From Balneolaceae bacterium (lineage in GTDB: Bacteria; Bacteroidota; Rhodothermia; Balneolales; Balneolaceae), in assembly GCA_040880485.1 (NCBI GenBank), contig JBBDIJ010000002.1:51518-115517 (forward strand): DNA of 64,000 nucleotides, given 5' to 3'. Below the pieces are notes generated by a model. That model ran no database searches and was not told where the DNA came from. It was given only the letters and a program-made list of their open reading frames with translations. Of this stretch, positions 29,920 to 39,551 are shown piece after piece. The position numbers and the translations under genes are program-made. How positions within the stretch are numbered: the stretch's first letter is position 1; every line of letters starts with the position of its first letter.

Positions 29920-32589
29920 ATGACCCAGAAATCATCCGACCTGATTCGCCAGGAGTTTTTCGATTTTTTTCGGGAGAAGGAGCACCTGATTACAGAGGGT
30001 GTGCCTGTAGTACCGCAGAACGATCCCACGCTACTCTTTATCAATGCTGGTATGAACCCTTTCAAACCGATCTTTCTCGGGGAGAAGAAGGGTGTCCGGG
30101 ATGGAGGTAAGCTCTGGAGGCGCGCAGCCAATACGCAGCGTTGCATCCGTGTGAGTGGAAAACACAACGATCTGGAAGAGGTGGGGCACGATACGTACCA
30201 TCACACTCTGTTCGAAATGCTGGGGAACTGGTCTTTTGGAGATTACTTCAAGAAGGAGGCGATCTCCTGGGCCTGGGAGCTGCTGGTGGATCGTTGGGGG
30301 CTGGAACCCGACCGGCTCTATGCAACCGTTTTTGAAGGCAGCGAAGGGGAGGGTATTCCGGCTGATGAGGAGTCGATCGCTCTCTGGAAGAGCGAAACCG
30401 GAATCCGTCCCGATCAAATCCTCCGTTTTGGAAAGAGAGACAATTTCTGGGAGATGGGAGAGGCGGGCCCCTGTGGCCCCTGTTCGGAGGTTCATATAGA
30501 CCTTCGGCCGGATAGCGAGAGAAAAAAGGTGCCCGGCAGCGAGTTGGTCAATCAGGACGACCCAAGAGTGATGGAGATCTGGAATCTGGTCTTCATTCAG
30601 TATAATCGCAGGGAGGATGGATCTCTCGAGAAGCTGCCGGCACAGCACGTGGATACCGGAATGGGCTTCGAGAGGATCTGTGCGGTTCTGCAGGGCAAGC
30701 GATCCAATTACGATTCAGACATCTTTGCACCGCTTCTGGATGCCATATCAGAGATGGCGGGGCGGAAATATGGTACTGATGAGAGAAGTGATATCGCTAT
30801 GCGCGTGATTACCGATCATATACGAGCCGTCGCTTTTCCGATTGCCGATGGGGCTTCACCATCCAATGAGGGGAGGGGTTTTGTGATCCGCCGCATTCTT
30901 CGAAGAGCGGTGCGGTATGGCTGGGACAGGCTGGAGTTCAGGGAGCCATTCCTCTACAAGCTGGTGCCGGTTCTGGCCGGTCAGTTCTCAGCTCTCTTTC
31001 CTGATCTGAAAGCGCAGGAAGAGTACGTTTCGGGGGTGGTGCATTCGGAGGAGAAGAGTTTTCTTAAGACTTTGGGACAGGGAATCGAGCTGTTTGAACA
31101 GATGTCTGCAGGTGGAGAGCTGACTGGAGAAGATGCGTTTCGCCTGCATGACACCTACGGGTTTCCGATAGACCTGACACGGCTGATGGCTCGTGAGAAG
31201 GGTATCGATGTAGATACGCATCGTTTCGAGGAGCTCATGCAGGAGCAGAAACAGCGCGCTCGCGCAGCCGGAAGGTTTGGTGCAGCAGGTGGTGGTACCG
31301 ATGGCTGGACCATCCTTACGAATACCGATACTTCATTTGAGTTTGTAGGTTACGACCGGTTGAGTGCCGAAGTGGAGGTCACGGGCGTTTCTGCGGAAGG
31401 GAAACATCCGGCTCTGAAACTGAACCGATCTCCGTTTTATGCCGAGAGCGGTGGGCAGGTGGCCGATACCGGATGGCTTACACAGGAGAAAGGTGGCGGC
31501 CGGATGGAGGTTCTGGATGTGCAGAAGAGTGGTGACGGATTTATTCATGTAGTGGATCAATTGCCGGAGGATCTTTCGGGAGAGTGGGTAGCGGAGGTAG
31601 ATGCGAATCGGCGGCGGGAGATCAGCCGCCATCACACGGCGACCCATCTGATGCACGCCTGCTTGCGTGAGGTGTTGGGCGAACACGTGGTTCAAAAGGG
31701 TTCACTTGTAGACACGGGACGGCTTCGTTTCGACTTCTCACACTTCGAACCTGCCACTTCTGAAGAGCTGAATCGTATAGAAGCGATGGTGAATGAGAGG
31801 ATCAGGGAGAATATTCCGAAACAGGAGGAGCGGGATGTTCCGATTGAGGAGGCACGGAAGAGGGGAGCGATGATGCTCTTTGGTGAAAAGTATGGGGAGA
31901 GGGTGCGGATCATTACATACGACAGCCGTTTCTCTATAGAGCTTTGCGGTGGGACCCATGTAGGTGCAACCGGAGAGATCGGCTATTTTCGGTTTCTGAA
32001 CGAATCTTCTGCATCGGCCGGAATCAGGCGGGTAGAGGCTGTCGTCTCCCGCTCCGCGGACTCTCTGCTTCGAAGCGAGAAGGAGTTGACGGAACGTATT
32101 CGGCAGGAGTTGGGAGCGCAGAAGGATCCCCTGGAAGCACTCTCCGAGCTTCGTGAAGAGCGCCGGCAGCTGGAGCGCTCTCTTCAGTCGCTTGAACAGA
32201 AGATGGCTTCAGGGCGTCTGGACACTCTCCTGTCCAGTGCGGAGGAGGTGAATGGGGTCCGGCTGGTGTGCGGCGAAGTGGAGGGTGCAGATATGGATAC
32301 ACTCAAGCAGATGGGCTACGATGCGCTGGAGAAACTGAAAAGCAGCGGGGGAGTGGTGCTTCTCTCGAACGATCAAAGCGAAAAAAAGGTCTATTTAATG
32401 GCTGCGATGACCCCGGATTTGAACGAGAAGGGATTGAAAGCGGGAGCTCTGGTCTCTGAACTGGGCCGTATCATTGGCGGAGGTGGAGGGGGGCAACCCT
32501 CGCTCGCTACGGCAGGGGGGCGGCTGCCGGAGAAGTCGGGAGAAGCCCTGAAACGAGCCAAAGAGTGGTTTGAGGAGCATCTTATGTAA
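29920..32589 (+). CDS. alaS: alanine--tRNA ligase
   Basis: HHTLFEMLGNWSFGDYFK, editing-domain HTATHLMH and CGGTHV, and C-terminal DHHA1-like GGGGGQP. The conserved N-terminus MTQKSSDLIRQEFFDFF starts at 29920. Confidence 0.95.
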   Translation: MTQKSSDLIRQEFFDFFREKEHLITEGVPVVPQNDPTLLFINAGMNPFKPIFLGEKKGVRDGGKLWRRAANTQRCIRVSGKHNDLEEVGHDTYHHTLFEMLGNWSFGDYFKKEAISWAWELLVDRWGLEPDRLYATVFEGSEGEGIPADEESIALWKSETGIRPDQILRFGKRDNFWEMGEAGPCGPCSEVHIDLRPDSERKKVPGSELVNQDDPRVMEIWNLVFIQYNRREDGSLEKLPAQHVDTGMGFERICAVLQGKRSNYDSDIFAPLLDAISEMAGRKYGTDERSDIAMRVITDHIRAVAFPIADGASPSNEGRGFVIRRILRRAVRYGWDRLEFREPFLYKLVPVLAGQFSALFPDLKAQEEYVSGVVHSEEKSFLKTLGQGIELFEQMSAGGELTGEDAFRLHDTYGFPIDLTRLMAREKGIDVDTHRFEELMQEQKQRARAAGRFGAAGGGTDGWTILTNTDTSFEFVGYDRLSAEVEVTGVSAEGKHPALKLNRSPFYAESGGQVADTGWLTQEKGGGRMEVLDVQKSGDGFIHVVDQLPEDLSGEWVAEVDANRRREISRHHTATHLMHACLREVLGEHVVQKGSLVDTGRLRFDFSHFEPATSEELNRIEAMVNERIRENIPKQEERDVPIEEARKRGAMMLFGEKYGERVRIITYDSRFSIELCGGTHVGATGEIGYFRFLNESSASAGIRRVEAVVSRSADSLLRSEKELTERIRQELGAQKDPLEALSELREERRQLERSLQSLEQKMASGRLDTLLSSAEEVNGVRLVCGEVEGADMDTLKQMGYDALEKLKSSGGVVLLSNDQSEKKVYLMAAMTPDLNEKGLKAGALVSELGRIIGGGGGGQPSLATAGGRLPEKSGEALKRAKEWFEEHLM

Positions 32590-32653
32590 TCTTTTGAATT
32601 TTTGGGTATCTTTCTCGACTACCAGCAATTAATACGATAACAGACGTATCTGC

Positions 32654-33754
32654 ATGAGCAATAAAAATGAAGAACAGGTTCTGTTTACGCCCATAGGCCT
32701 GGAGAATAACAGTACAGAGAAGATTGAAAAAGCCGTAGAACTGCCCGAGCCTACGAAGAAGACCCATGACGAGCTGGGTCTTTCGGACCGTGATGTGGTG
32801 AATATGTTCGATTCGATGTATCTCCAGAGGCGCTTCGAGGAGCGTGCGATGCAGATGTATCAGAAGGGCAAATTTGGAGGGTTTCTTCATCTTTACATTG
32901 GCCAGGAAGCGGTTTCAACAGGCACGGTGTGGGCTCTGAATGATGATGATGATATCATTACAGCCTATCGGGACCACTGCTGGGGGCTGTCGAGAGGTGT
33001 AACACCCCGGGAGGGGATGGCCGAGCTCTACGGGAAGGCGGCAGGCTGTTCGAAGGGGAAGGGGGGATCTATGCATTTTGCGAAGGTAGAGAACCATTTT
33101 TGGGGTGGTTACGGTATTGTTGGTGGGCACATTCCGCTCGGAACCGGAATCGCATTTGCGAACAAGTACCAGGAGAATGGGCGGGTGACCGCCTGTTTCC
33201 TGGGAGATGGCGCCGTCCATCAGGGGGTACTGCATGAGGTGATGAATATGAGCCAGCTCTGGAAGCTTCCCTGCATCTTTGCAGTCGAGAACAACGGTTA
33301 CGCGATGGGTACATCGGTACGGCGCCACAGTGTTGGCGAGATTCATGAGCGTGCCGCTGCCTACAGGATGAAGAGTGCCGTGATAAACGGTATGGATGTC
33401 TTTTCGGTCTATGAGAAGATGAAGGAGATTGCCGGGGAGATGAGAAAGGATCTGGAACCGTGGTTTGTAGAGATCCGGACCTATCGCTATCGCGGCCACT
33501 CTATGTCGGACCCTCAGACGTACCGGACCAAGAAGGAGCTGGAGGAGTATCAGAGTATAGACCCCGTTGAGCGCCTGAAAACCTACATTCTGGAGAAGGG
33601 GCTGGTAACGGAGAAGAAAATGGAGAAGATGACAGACAAGGTAGAAGAGAAAATTCTGGCGGCAGTCGAATTTGCAGAGAATGCAGATTTCCCGGACCCG
33701 GAAGCTCTCTACGAAGATATGTTTGTCGAAGAGAACCCGGTGTTCCACAAGTAG
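32654..33754 (+). CDS. pdhA: pyruvate dehydrogenase E1 alpha subunit
   Basis: ThDP-binding GDGAVHQG...NNGYAMGT and YRYRGHSMSDP motifs. Confidence 0.9.
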   Translation: MSNKNEEQVLFTPIGLENNSTEKIEKAVELPEPTKKTHDELGLSDRDVVNMFDSMYLQRRFEERAMQMYQKGKFGGFLHLYIGQEAVSTGTVWALNDDDDIITAYRDHCWGLSRGVTPREGMAELYGKAAGCSKGKGGSMHFAKVENHFWGGYGIVGGHIPLGTGIAFANKYQENGRVTACFLGDGAVHQGVLHEVMNMSQLWKLPCIFAVENNGYAMGTSVRRHSVGEIHERAAAYRMKSAVINGMDVFSVYEKMKEIAGEMRKDLEPWFVEIRTYRYRGHSMSDPQTYRTKKELEEYQSIDPVERLKTYILEKGLVTEKKMEKMTDKVEEKILAAVEFAENADFPDPEALYEDMFVEENPVFHK

Positions 33755-33804
33755 CGTCCCGCTGCTTAGTTGAATTTATAAATCTAACCTGATTATAGAA
33801 GAAG

Positions 33805-34788
33805 ATGGCAATTATTCAATTCAGAGAAGCATTGCGTCAGGCACTCGATGAAGAGATGGAGCGGGACGAGAGTGTGTTCGTAATGGGTGAAGAGGTGGCC
33901 GAATATAACGGTGCCTATAAAGTGACTGAAGGCCTGCTGGAGAAGTACGGATTCAAACGGATGATCGATACTCCGATTTCGGAGCTGGGCTTTGCCGGTA
34001 TAGGAGCCGGCGCTGCCATGAATGGGCTCCGTCCCGTCATCGAGTTTATGACGTTCAACTTTGCCGTACTGGCTGCCGACCAGATTATCAACCACGCCTC
34101 CAAGGTGCGGTATATGCTGGGTGGGCAGGTGAAAGTTCCCGTGGTCTATCGCGGCCCTAACGGCTCTGCCGGCCAGCTGAGTGCGACCCATTCGGTGGCT
34201 TACGATGCGATGTACGCCCACTTTCCGGGACTCAAGGTGATTCAGCCTTCCGAGCCGGATGATGCCAAAGGCTTGTTGAAGTCTGCGATTCGGGACGACA
34301 ATCCGGTCCTTTTCATGGAGTCCGAGCAGATGTACGGGCTTAAGGGAGAGGTGTCGGAAGAGGAGGATTATTTAATACCTATCGGTAAAGCGAAGGTGAA
34401 ACGGGAAGGCTCCGACGTAACAGTCGTGGCTCACGGCAAGATGTATCACGTGGCAAAAAAGGCGGCGGAAGAGCTGGCCAAAGAGGGTGTAGAGGTGGAA
34501 CTGATCGATCCTCGAACCATTAAGCCTCTGGATATCGATACCATCATTCAATCGATCAAAAAGACCAACCGCTGTGTGGTGGTCGATGAGGCACACCCTT
34601 ATGGAGGGCTGGCTGCCGAGGTCGGTTTCCTGCTGCAACGTGAAGCGTTTGACTGGCTGGACGCTCCCGTGGCGCGGGTCACTCTTCCGGATGTGAACGC
34701 CCCCTTTGCAAAAAACCTGCTTGATCTCTGGCTGCCGAATGCAGGAGATGTCGTGGAGGCTGTCAATGCAGTGCTCTACCGAAACTGA
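33805..34788 (+). CDS. pdhB: pyruvate dehydrogenase E1 beta subunit
   Basis: FVMGEEVAEYNGAYKVT, DTPISELGFAGIGAGAA. 327 aa. Confidence 0.9.
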   Translation: MAIIQFREALRQALDEEMERDESVFVMGEEVAEYNGAYKVTEGLLEKYGFKRMIDTPISELGFAGIGAGAAMNGLRPVIEFMTFNFAVLAADQIINHASKVRYMLGGQVKVPVVYRGPNGSAGQLSATHSVAYDAMYAHFPGLKVIQPSEPDDAKGLLKSAIRDDNPVLFMESEQMYGLKGEVSEEEDYLIPIGKAKVKREGSDVTVVAHGKMYHVAKKAAEELAKEGVEVELIDPRTIKPLDIDTIIQSIKKTNRCVVVDEAHPYGGLAAEVGFLLQREAFDWLDAPVARVTLPDVNAPFAKNLLDLWLPNAGDVVEAVNAVLYRN

Positions 34789-34895
34789 GAGCCGGGTGTT
34801 ACCTCTTTGTGGATGTTTGAGTACCTTCCCGTTGGGTGCATTAAACACCGGCGCTGAATCGATTCATATTTACTGAACCTTAATCGGACTGGACT

Positions 34896-36143
34896 ATGGC
34901 TGTAAAAATTGAGATGCCCAAACTGAGCGATACAATGGAGGAGGGGGTGATCGCAAAATGGAACGTGAAGGAGGGAGATCAGGTGCATTCCGGAGATGTG
35001 ATCGCCGAGGTGGAGACCGACAAGGCGACCATGGAGGTTGAGGTTTTTGACGACGGTCAGGTTTTGAAGATCCTGGCCGGGGAGGGAGATGCAATTCCCC
35101 TTGGCGGTGGCATTGCCATTATAGGTGAAGAGGGAGAAGATATCAGCGACTTGCTGGAACAGAATGGAGAGAAAGCCGATAAAGAACCGGCTCCGGAGAA
35201 GAAGAAAAAGAAGTCAGATAGTCCTGCTTCTGAAACAAAGAATAAACAGGACTCAAAGGGTACGAAAGAGAAGGATTCAACCGAGCCGTCTTCTAAGGAG
35301 AACGGACGGCTTAAGGCCTCACCGCTGGCTAAAAAGATGGCCGAGGAGCGGGGAATTGATCTGAACCGGGTAGAGGGAAGTGGCCCGGAGGGGAGAGTGG
35401 TACGGAAAGATATTGAAGAGTTTAAAGAGAGTGCCGGCAGGTCTGCTGCCACATTTGAACCCGCAGAGAGTGAAGAAATTCGTGTCTCTCAGATGCGCAA
35501 GACCATCGCACGGCGCCTCTCCGAGAGTAAGTTCGGAAGCCCGCACTTTTATGAAACGGTAGATATCGATATGAGTTCGGCTGTGGAGGCGAGGGACCGG
35601 ATCAATGAGGTGAGCGATGTGAAGATCAGCTTTAACGACATCGTTGTGAAAGCGTGTGCTGCCGCTCTGAGGCGACATCCCGATATCAACAGCTCCTGGA
35701 AGGGGGATACCATCCTTCAGCATGGCGACGTGCATGTGGCCGTCGCTGTTGCTGTAGAAGAGGGGTTGATGACTCCGGTGATACGACATACAGATCAGAA
35801 AAACCTGCGGCAGATCTCTGCAGAGACGCGTGAACTTGCGGGACTGGCCAGAGACCGGAAACTTTCACCTGAGCAGATGGAGGATAGCACCTTTACCATC
35901 AGCAACCTGGGGATGTTCGGAATTGAAGAGTTTACGGCGATTATCAACCCGCCCAACGCCGCTATACTGGCTATTGGGGCGATCCGGGATGTACCGGTCG
36001 TAAAGGGAGGCGAAGTGGTTCCCGGCAAGCGAATGAAAGTTACGCTCTCCAGTGATCACCGTATCGTGGATGGAGCGAAAGCCGCCCGGTTTTTGAATAC
36101 TCTGCAACAGATGCTGGAGAACCCGCTATCGATGCTTTTCTGA
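34896..36143 (+). CDS. pdhC: dihydrolipoamide acetyltransferase E2
   Basis: Lipoyl-lysine motif VETDKATMEVE, Lys/Glu/Ser linker, E3-binding domain (ASPLAKKMAEERGIDL), catalytic SSDHRIVDGA. Confidence 0.9.
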   Translation: MAVKIEMPKLSDTMEEGVIAKWNVKEGDQVHSGDVIAEVETDKATMEVEVFDDGQVLKILAGEGDAIPLGGGIAIIGEEGEDISDLLEQNGEKADKEPAPEKKKKKSDSPASETKNKQDSKGTKEKDSTEPSSKENGRLKASPLAKKMAEERGIDLNRVEGSGPEGRVVRKDIEEFKESAGRSAATFEPAESEEIRVSQMRKTIARRLSESKFGSPHFYETVDIDMSSAVEARDRINEVSDVKISFNDIVVKACAAALRRHPDINSSWKGDTILQHGDVHVAVAVAVEEGLMTPVIRHTDQKNLRQISAETRELAGLARDRKLSPEQMEDSTFTISNLGMFGIEEFTAIINPPNAAILAIGAIRDVPVVKGGEVVPGKRMKVTLSSDHRIVDGAKAARFLNTLQQMLENPLSMLF

Positions 36144-36234
36144 TCCGAGATTGTGAGGTTTAGCTGCAGGTCTACCCGTTAGCATTGTGAAACCTGTTAG
36201 ATAAATCGGCCTTGGCTGCCGAATAAAGTTGTAA

Positions 36235-36267
36235 AAGCCGGCTTAAGAAATGGAGCCGGCTTTTTTT
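36235..36267 (+). terminator. rho-independent terminator of the pdh operon
   Basis: Perfect 9-bp stem AAGCCGGCT (36235-36243) pairs with AGCCGGCTT (36254-36262). It has a 10-nt loop and a T7 run. Confidence 0.65.
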
Positions 36268-36275
36268 ATGCCCTT

Positions 36276-36388
36276 CTGAAAAATTCTAATAATTGTAAAA
36301 AGCTTTTCTACACTCTTTTAAACGCAATAAATGGTAAAACGCACAGCTTCTTTAAACATTAGAATTTTATAATGTTAGAAAATTCTAA
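36276..36388. promoter_or_regulatory. cluster of three dyad sites (TTAGAA-N2-TTCTAA type) upstream of the orphan DUF4402-like gene
   Basis: CTGAAAAATTCTAA (36276-36289), TTAGAATTTTATAA (36359-36372) and TTAGAAAATTCTAA (36375-36388). The last has perfect inverted arms TTAGAA/TTCTAA and recurs exactly at 45395-45408. Confidence 0.4.
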
Positions 36389-36462
36389 TATATTAAACTC
36401 AAGCTCAATAAAGAGACCGACAACGCACGCAGGCACCAGCCACGACTCAGGAGGCAGCCACA

Positions 36463-36897
36463 ATGAAAATTCAAAGAAATTACCGTTTTGCTGCTGCCGC
36501 CATTCTGGTTGCCATGCTTTCGCACCTCTCCGTGGTACAGGCACAAAACTCGGTACAGGCTGTCATGCAGGTATCGGTAGAAGTTGTGTCCGGTGCAACG
36601 ATCCTGAGCAGTTTTAACGAAGACATTTCTGAGCAACTCTATTCGAACGAATCCAGCCAGATCCATTTTGGAGAGTACACGATTACAGTACCGAAAGGGG
36701 CAGAGTTCGCCGCAACAACCGAGAGAGAGGTAAGAATGGATGGCCACGCGGGTTCATTCACTATTCAATCCAAAATGGCTGGCAAGAGCGGTACGGACGG
36801 CAGCGTTACCTTCGAAATCAGTGGCTCCGCCAACGGGTCAGATCTTGCAGCAGGTCATTACAGCGGACGTCAGATTGCCACAGTCGTCTATTATTGA
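36463..36897 (+). CDS. secreted DUF4402/spore-coat-U-like fimbrial-subunit-like protein (orphan, convergent)
   Basis: Signal peptide ending VQAQ. AGGAGG lies 8 nt before the ATG. The mature part begins with alternating hydrophobics (VQAVMQVSVEVV) and the protein ends GHYSGRQIATVVYY. That is the G-x-Y-x-G...Y C-terminal pattern I associate with DUF4402. Confidence 0.5.
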   Translation: MKIQRNYRFAAAAILVAMLSHLSVVQAQNSVQAVMQVSVEVVSGATILSSFNEDISEQLYSNESSQIHFGEYTITVPKGAEFAATTEREVRMDGHAGSFTIQSKMAGKSGTDGSVTFEISGSANGSDLAAGHYSGRQIATVVYY

Positions 36898-39551
36898 CCC
36901 GCGGGCTCTGACTGAGTTTCGGGTACCACACTAATCTCGAGCCCCTCTACAAAGTCGCCTTCGGGCAGGGCACGTACCTTAAATTGAAGCCGGTCGGGGT
37001 TCGAACGTGCATTCAGGAAGGTGAGCTGCGCAGGGTCGATGGCCAGTTCATACTCTCCCGGCGGAATCTCATAGGCGTAAAAACTGCCGTCGGAGTAGGT
37101 ACGTAACTCTTCAGAATAGGGTTCTGCCCCATCTCCGGCATCCGTCTGGTTCAAAAAGAGACGGACACCCGGCAGCGGGTTCCTTCCCTCCTCCGTGTAG
37201 ATAAAAATACGGCCGTCCACGACACCGGACATATAGAGCGGTACATCGATCTGTTTATACTGGTTGGGATCGGTCACCAGGGAGAATTGATCGAATTGCG
37301 GCACGTGCATAGGGTTCAGAAGTGCCCCCTTGTTCACCGACAAGTTATACTGCCGGTAGGGCTGAAGCTGTGTGATGTAGGTGACCCCGTCTTTCTGCGA
37401 GATTACACCGCCACCTCTCTCAATTCTTACGGCGTTTCCGGGCTGTAGCTCGTCGCCATCGTCGTAAGTACCGTTATTGTTGTTGTCCACGTACATGCGA
37501 ATGGCCAGGGCCGACCGGCCGACCTGCTGGCGGTTGGAGGTCAAAAACTGGCCGTTATTAGAGTCGTATCCCAATGAGCCCCGAAGGCTCTGTGTGAACA
37601 CGGTATTGCCCGCTGTGCTCCGAAGATTGGAGTTGGATCGAACGGAACTGAAGTCGAATGTGAGGCCAAACCGCAAGTAGGTAAAGCCTCCGATGAAGTT
37701 TCGTCCCAGGGCGGCCTGAAAACGGCCCCGGTCAAATAGGCTCCGCCCTGCATGGATCTCCAGGTCTTCCAGGCTGTTTCGCGCCGGAGCATAGGTCATC
37801 TGCCCTCTCAGGTAGAGGCCGCGTAAAACGGGATGAACCTCACGGCTTCTCGAAAAACTGTAGGAGCCCGATCCCTGTATCCGTGAGGAGGTAGTAGGGC
37901 TGATTCCGAATGCACCGGTCTGGGTATCGCGGTAACTCATACGGACATTCATCCGCCCCAATCTGCTGTTGAGCTCTATGCGATATCGCGTGGTATTCAC
38001 CGAAACCCGGTTGTCGTGCGTAAGGGTGAGTCTCAGGAAAAGCGGGAATGAATCGGAGAGTGGTATTGGAGTAAAGATAGCCGATTGGATTCGGCTTCGG
38101 CTCCGCCCCGTATTGTAGATACCTCCGAGCTCGGAGAAGTGTGTATAGTCCAGCTGAAAACTTGCCGAAGAGGGGTAGATAACACTACTGTTCAGGCGGT
38201 AAAATCGTGCAGGTGCGGCCTCTACTGTAACCAGATAGTTGGTCATCAGCCTGGCAGAGAGTGCCGTACTGATGGTGGGAAGTTCGTCATGATACGCACT
38301 GAAATACTCTACATTGGCCCGGCCGGTCAGCCAGTTGGTGAAACCCGTGGTCACGGTGCCGTGTCCCATCCAGCTTCTCAGAGAAGTTCCCGGAAGGGGG
38401 GTGTCCATGCGTCCTGCATTCAGAGAGTAGTTTACCTCGCCGGGTGGAAGAAAGTTGAACGGGATCTGCAAACGAGCCTGACGTTCACTCATCTGGCCTG
38501 AGGCCCCATAGGTGCGTACGGTATATTGTGAAATGCCGTATGTGAGAGGCACCCGAAACTGATAGTACCCGTCTTCACTGGTCATTTGATAGTCGATCAG
38601 AGTGTTGTTGCGATAGATTTCAATTTCGGAGGAGGGGGCGGCCGTTCCGGTAAAGAGGTAGTCGTCATAGATGTATCGGGGTTCAATCGGGTCATTGGTG
38701 ATCTGAATCCCGGTGTAGGCTGCCGGCAACAGCCCGTCGGAGGTGCTTTGGCCTGCAGTAATCCGGCTCACCCACTCATTATCCCGAATTCCATAACGCC
38801 AGCGCAGGTTGCTGGAGCGCAGTGTGGAGGCGCTTTGTGAAAAATTACCAAAGAGGCTACCCTGGAGGTCCCCTCCCATCACTTCCGATCCGATACTGCC
38901 TGAGAAGAGATAGCTTGAATTGGTTTGGGAGATATTAGCCGATAGACTGTAGTCCAGGAATCCCGTGTTGAACCGGTTTTGCTGCCGGTCGAATCGCAGT
39001 GGGTAGTACTCCATGTAGATCTGCTGCTGCCGTCGGGTCAGCTGTTCGCGGCGCAGCTCCCGGTTTCGTCGTGCAACCACTGGCATAGTATCGTCAGACT
39101 CAAGAATAAGGCCCAGTGTGTTGAAATCGGGGATAAAGCGGAGCCCGAACAGCTCTTCAAACAGGTCCGGGTGAAGGTAGTAGTCGAGCTGCTCTATCAG
39201 AAAGTCGTTAGCCTCGAACTCAATACGTACGTCGCCCAGTGTGGCGGTGCGGCTATTGAAGTCGATGCGGTAGCGCCCGCGGTCCAGATACTCTCCCGTG
39301 ATCTGCAACCGGCCGTTCCTCACTTCGTAATCGATCTGCAGCAAGCTGAACACCTCTGTGACCGGGATGTAGAACTCCTCGCCGGTATAGAAGGAAGAGA
39401 TGTAGCTGTTTATGACTCCTGCATGGCGGAAATGGAGGAAAACTTCATCGGTATCCGCTACCTGCGCAGAGGCGTTATTTACCGGTCCCCACGCGAGAAA
39501 GAGGATGGCAACAAAGAGAACCCGGTGTATGGTTCTGCGAGGGGCATTCAC
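36891..39551 (-). CDS. usher-like outer-membrane assembly protein with atypical C-terminal beta-sandwich domains
   Basis: GTG start overlaps the chaperone stop (GTGA), and a signal peptide is present. TGTAAPSSEIEIYRNNTLIDYQMTSEDGYYQFRVPLTYGISQYTVRTYGASGQMSERQARLQIPF resembles the conserved usher plug/middle signature. A long Ser/Arg/Tyr-rich alternating-strand region looks barrel-like. The C-terminus has DNNNNGTYDDGDE (SdrD-B/Cna-B-like) and a carboxypeptidase-regulatory-like segment (TYSDGSFYAYEIPPGEYEL). Confidence 0.5.
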   Translation of the reverse strand: MNAPRRTIHRVLFVAILFLAWGPVNNASAQVADTDEVFLHFRHAGVINSYISSFYTGEEFYIPVTEVFSLLQIDYEVRNGRLQITGEYLDRGRYRIDFNSRTATLGDVRIEFEANDFLIEQLDYYLHPDLFEELFGLRFIPDFNTLGLILESDDTMPVVARRNRELRREQLTRRQQQIYMEYYPLRFDRQQNRFNTGFLDYSLSANISQTNSSYLFSGSIGSEVMGGDLQGSLFGNFSQSASTLRSSNLRWRYGIRDNEWVSRITAGQSTSDGLLPAAYTGIQITNDPIEPRYIYDDYLFTGTAAPSSEIEIYRNNTLIDYQMTSEDGYYQFRVPLTYGISQYTVRTYGASGQMSERQARLQIPFNFLPPGEVNYSLNAGRMDTPLPGTSLRSWMGHGTVTTGFTNWLTGRANVEYFSAYHDELPTISTALSARLMTNYLVTVEAAPARFYRLNSSVIYPSSASFQLDYTHFSELGGIYNTGRSRSRIQSAIFTPIPLSDSFPLFLRLTLTHDNRVSVNTTRYRIELNSRLGRMNVRMSYRDTQTGAFGISPTTSSRIQGSGSYSFSRSREVHPVLRGLYLRGQMTYAPARNSLEDLEIHAGRSLFDRGRFQAALGRNFIGGFTYLRFGLTFDFSSVRSNSNLRSTAGNTVFTQSLRGSLGYDSNNGQFLTSNRQQVGRSALAIRMYVDNNNNGTYDDGDELQPGNAVRIERGGGVISQKDGVTYITQLQPYRQYNLSVNKGALLNPMHVPQFDQFSLVTDPNQYKQIDVPLYMSGVVDGRIFIYTEEGRNPLPGVRLFLNQTDAGDGAEPYSEELRTYSDGSFYAYEIPPGEYELAIDPAQLTFLNARSNPDRLQFKVRALPEGDFVEGLEISVVPETQSEPAGQ

